A stretch of 64,000 bases of DNA from Balanoglossus misakiensis (lineage: Eukaryota; Animalia; Hemichordata): positions 5,440,303 through 5,504,302 of the forward strand of contig CM082582.2 in NCBI GenBank assembly GCA_040954595.2, written 5' to 3'. This document shows, in pieces, positions 58,984 through 64,000 of the stretch (within the stretch, counting starts at the first letter, position 1; the number at the start of each line of letters is the position of its first letter). The position numbers and the translations under genes are program-made. Below the pieces are notes generated by a model. The model was given only the letters and a program-made list of their open reading frames with translations, was not told the origin of the DNA and did no database searches.

Positions 58984-60263
58984 ACTTAGAGCTGGTTTTC
59001 AAGTTCCTCAAACTCCTACAGGTACGGGATGACGCTGCACCACAGCTCTGTCGCTTGACGGTTACTTTCAGTAGAGGACAGCTGAGACATTGGCAGCGGC
59101 TGCGGTCGAGTCCGTTGATGGCGTGTGTCATCGGGAATTTCCCAGAAGTTATACATATTCATGAGACATTGTTACCTGAGGTCCCACTCATATGGAAAAC
59201 GAAAGTTTTTTGCTCATACTAAAATCACTTGAATCTGTACTGTATCAGAATTGACAACGACAATAACGTAACGTAACAAACGTAACGAGTCAGTCAATCT
59301 GAGATCTCTAGCAGCGGCGTACAGTTCTACTAGATCAAATAAAGTGATGCGAGACGATATGTAAAAGTGATATTTCCTTATAGCAGGCGTGCACTTAACA
59401 TGCTTTATTGCTGAATTGAAAATGTGTTCTTTGATGAATTTAAATCCACACAAACTTTCCTCATGTCGAACAAAATGAGTAATGTATTGTTTCAAGCAAA
59501 ATTGACGAAAATTGGTAAAAGTTATCGACTTTGTCCATTTCTATATGTTATCGCTTATCTACTGTATTGCTATAATATTGGAGCCCAGCTAGGGTGAGAA
59601 TATGTTACTAGTACAGAATGTGTAAACATACTAATATGAACGGAATGCAACCCTTAAGTTCTTGTTTGCTTGCTTGGTGTCCAAATTTATTGATACAGTT
59701 TGCTTTATGTATTCATCCCAGAAAAGGACAATTTAGATTTACTGGTACGAATTCTTTATAAACAGTTCACGTGAACTTCGAATACGGCATAGCGTAGTGA
59801 GATACAAGTAACAATTATTTTCAATACATTTTCGGTTACGTGGCATCAATGTGTATGTTCACTGGTGGATTTATATTACAATGAATCATGGGATTTCTAG
59901 ATACCTTCAATGAAGACAATCTCGCTGCATCAAAAATACACCTTCTATAGGCTAGAACGCCTCGTCCGCTGGAGGCGCTTCGTGTATCCTCGCCCTCGCC
60001 CAACACTTTGCAGTCTATAGCATTAAAAACATTGATACAGGGACCGATTGCCAAAGAGCTCAAACACATACCGATAAGACTACACACAAATCGATTATTA
60101 TTGCTGTAAGTTTAGAAGCGGCAGACCATTTACTTCTCGTGTGCGTGTTTTCCTTCAATGGTTCCTATTTTTCAGGAGACAGATCGGGATTCGCTGTAGC
60201 GTCGTTTCTATTTTCTTGGTAAGATGAAGAGTCCACGCAGACGTAGTCGTTGTGCTGATTATC

Positions 60264-63200
60264 CTATTTGATTCCCTTGGCGGCCAGTTCCGCCCTGACT
60301 CTGGACAGATAAGTTGGATCTGGGTAACCGTACCTAGAGACAAAATATAAGACAATTATATTTCATCGTTAATTGGAGACAGCAAGTTTGACTGAATCAC
60401 AGTAGGAAACTTCCCTATACAGACATCAGCTTTGGCGTCACCAGTCACTTACAAGTATTCGCGTGAGAAAGACGGTGGGAATTGACTATTTGCGCATTGA
60501 AAGATAACAATCTTTCTTATTGGCGATATTCTGAATAATTTTGATCGATTAATTGATCGATTGATTGATAGGGACTCTCGATAGCTTGAACATGCATTAG
60601 TTCTGACTATAAACCGTTCGCGTTTTCTCCGGTTTCATTCTCTCCTCTCTTTCTCCTCCCTCTCTCTCACCTCCTCCTCACCGCCCCCTCTCCCTCTCTT
60701 TAATGTATAGTTGTTACGTGACCGTTGACTTACCCTCCAGCGCCACCATCGATGTTAGTCTTGTGGTGGATATCATTCCAAACGACACAATTGTCGCGTC
60801 CAGTCGTCACAGATCTACCAATGGTAAACAGGTACTTCATGTCGAAAGCCTTCTTGAGAAGATCCAGAATTTCCCGTCCCTCTTTACCGGCGGGCAGAAA
60901 CGCCCTTCTGTGAGTACCAGAGTATGGCGAACCAGGATTGGGATGGTTTTCCTTCAAGAATGAAGTTTGACAAAATCGTTAAATTACCGAAAATCGGAAA
61001 AAAATGCGTCTTTGGATGGAAATACTGAACACAGCAATGGTCAAAAGCATATAAGATCTATAATCTGAAATTCTCACCCTTTGTGTGCCATCCTTGAAGT
61101 GGTAATCAATAACGATGATTCCCTCCCCATCATGACCAGGAACGTCATAATATCGGTCGATATCCCAGTCCATGGTTCCTTTCGGTTGATTTCCTCGTTT
61201 CACCAGGACAATCGCGGTGCAAAACGGACACTTGGCGTCTGTACTGAAATGTCGTTCAAAACAAGTTCGGCAGAAGGTGTTCTGACAGCACTTCATCGCC
61301 ATCAGATCGACGTCCTCGTCAGTGCAGATATCACACTCGCCCCTGTTACGGCAAGCGACAGCAATGTCTCTGGTTGACAGGGCGGGAGATCTTGGTCGTG
61401 CGCCGCCCACGGCACCATGAGCGTCGAGACCGAGTTCCTGCGGTCGGTCGGACGGACGTGCTTTTTTCGGTGGTTGCATGTCCGATGTTGAGCGACCGCC
61501 TTCCGCGGATGATTCGCCGCGCCAATCCGCGTCTTCTGGGGGTTGATCAGTAGACATGGCGCCGCTAAACTCAAGAATGAACGACTGTGCAGCTTGTGCG
61601 TCGAACAGCACTAAGCGAATATCCTTGAGTTTTGTGTCTCTTCCCTTCCTCTCTGAGAATTCTTTGATGGCTTCATGCAGCATTTTAGCGCCAACATCAA
61701 GGGGCATTCCATACGTCCCTGTAAGAAGAAATGTACCGTTATCCATGTATCAATCGATTTTCCCTGGACCACCACTAGTATCTCAAAACACCATTAAATA
61801 ACCATCACTATTTTGTGATTACTTTGTACTTCACTGTTTGATCGACAATATGCGACTAATCTTCATAGCAACCTCGTTTTAAAGCTATTTAATATAAATT
61901 CACAATAAAGTCTCGAAGGGAGACACATTTACCACAAGAAAATGTGTGAATTATCACCAGTTTGTCAAAAAAACATCTTTTGTCAAACATTTACCTGTAC
62001 TGATGGCGGGAGAGGCCAACGACTTCACTTTCAGGTCATTTCCGGCATATTGTAATAATTCTGCAAACATATTCTTCAGAATACAACCAGCTTGTCTCTG
62101 GCTTTCTTGATCCCAGGACCACCTTGGTCCAACTGCGTGGATGATAAATTTGGAAGGCAGTTTACCTGCGGTAGTATGGCAGAATTGTCCCGTTCCCAGT
62201 CTACCGTTTTTCTTTACATATTCTTTAGATTCCCGGTATACGTGGTGGCCACCTGCATCTGCGATCGCTTTGCTCACTCCGCCTCCGTGGCTCAGTCGCC
62301 CATTGGCCGCGTTAACGATGACGTCAGCGTTATTTTGGGTAATATCACCCACATACACAGAAATCTTTATGCCCTCTGCTGTTCTTTTCTTCAAACGTAG
62401 GTCTTCCAGACATTTTGTGACATCAACATCTTCCGTTTCTTCTCTGTCAGGAGTAGCCCCACGCCGACGAGATCCACTTTTCTCCGGTCTGCCAAACACT
62501 TCTTTGGGTGGACTTTTGGACGTCGACTCTTTGGCTGATTTACTTCTCGTTGCTGGAACGCCTCCTGCACCGTCCGACGTGACACGAACAGCAACGCCCG
62601 GCCCTATTGCAGCCAGTGAATTTCTGCTGCCATCGCTTTCTCTACCTCTTTCATTTGGCCTGCTGTGCTTTGATGTTACGTTGTCTGAACTATTTCCCTC
62701 CACCTTACCAATCGCTGTTCCAGAAAAACTTTCCTTGTCGTTTTTTGACGTGCTCAATTTTGTTGCAGGACCATCCCTAGCTGTCTCTGGGCTGCTGGTT
62801 GGTGGACGATTAGACCCTTTCTTGGAAACTGAGGTTCGGGACGTCTCTTTCACTTTCACAGAAGAACCACTTTCCTTGTCATCGGATGAAAACTCGTGCC
62901 TAATCATAGGTACGCCATCTCGTCTGTCTGGGCTGCTGCTAGTTGAGTTATCGTTTTCCACTCTGGCATCACCACCAGTTGAGGTTGGCGAAGTGACGGT
63001 AGATAGCTTAGTTTCCATCCCAGTCTTCGCCACAGATCTCTCGTCACAATCTCCGCCGCGTGTCACACTTTTGCCGGATGAGTGCAGCGGACGCGAGGAC
63101 TCTGCCGTCACATTTCCTTGCGATTCCTTATTTGAATTCGTCGTGTCTCCACTGCGCGTGATGTCATCAGACTCTGTGAAATTGTGATTCTGTATAGTTA

Positions 63201-63690
63201 CATCTGACTCCGGCGTTGGTTCATCGGTTCCACGAGATCCTGCTGTCGTTGCTTTCACATCGTCGCCGTTTGATGATGCTCCGACGCTATTTGCAGATAA
63301 CTTTCTGGATGATCGACCTTGGTCTGTTGTTGTCGATTTTTCTTTCCAACTTTCATTTCCTCCTTCTACTTTGAGAACTTCTTTCGTGACAGGTGATTTT
63401 GGTTGTTTCTCGTCCGCCTTTCTTTTTGCACGTGATACACCACCGCCCACGCTGCCCTTTCCATCCGCTGAAGCCGATGCACCTTTTGCAATGCTTGGAC
63501 CCTTGCCTGTCTTCACGATATCGAACAGTTGCGTCTGTGCTTCCTTCAACTTCTCAAGTGACGCTGCATAAATTACGTTATCTTCAATTTCCACGCCTTT
63601 TATTGTGTTTATACTGCGGATGTCACTTTTGCTCATAGTATAGAAATGAGGGAGCCACGGTACTATCTCTGCTTGAATTGTCTCGAATAC
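60264..63690 (-). CDS. Macrodomain - RING - DTC E3 ubiquitin ligase (gene D3; 5' exons lie beyond the window)
   Basis: Exons 61995-63690 (long low-complexity S/T/K/E linker, then [28 protein letters not shown]), 61078-61718 (GTYGMP; [22 protein letters not shown]), 60734-60951 ([15 protein letters not shown]) and 60264-60333 ([15 protein letters not shown]). Confidence 0.9.
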
Positions 63691-64000
63691 CTGTCCGAAT
63701 AAATAATGTTTATAATACGATTTTAGTATCACAATTCCCCCTATAAATACAAAAAGCGTACAGTATCAGTTCGCGTCTTGAAAAAACACCGTCCGCACAC
63801 ATTAGCTTTTCACGATGACACAGAAAATTGTTTTTTTGCCTCTGGTGATAGATATCTGTGGACAAACAAGCGCCAACTTTATTTTCAAATTTCAATGACA
63901 AGACTGTTTACAGCTTTTGACAAGAATGTGGTTCACTATAACGAATGAAAAATAGTTACTACATGCCAAGCATGGGTCACTTTATCAGAAATACATAGTC

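Overview
This is eukaryotic (animal) genomic DNA with AT-rich introns, spliceosomal splice sites, microsatellites and many MITE-like repeats. No prokaryotic features are evident. A marine invertebrate, possibly a deuterostome, is my inference and is not proven. Spliced gene models read by hand: (1) three tandem + strand Cys-loop/nicotinic-receptor-like subunit genes (217-15717), one alpha-type and two non-alpha, with degenerate acetylcholine-binding residues and no M2 9' Leu; (2) two tandem - strand secreted astacin metalloproteases whose PAN/Apple and ShKT exons were amplified by internal tandem duplication (17180-36224); (3) a Gal3ST-family sulfotransferase that appears to be spliced to a degenerate MAM-like C-terminal domain (37922-41395); (4) a DHRS11-like short-chain dehydrogenase (45456-48879); (5) three tandem Deltex-like RING-DTC E3 ligases (52304 to beyond 63690), two fused to an ADP-ribose macrodomain, i.e. 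a possible PARP9/DTX3L-like module in one polypeptide. The best candidates for a new system are the macro-RING-DTC array and the divergent receptor cluster. All domain calls come from motif recognition; no database search was run.
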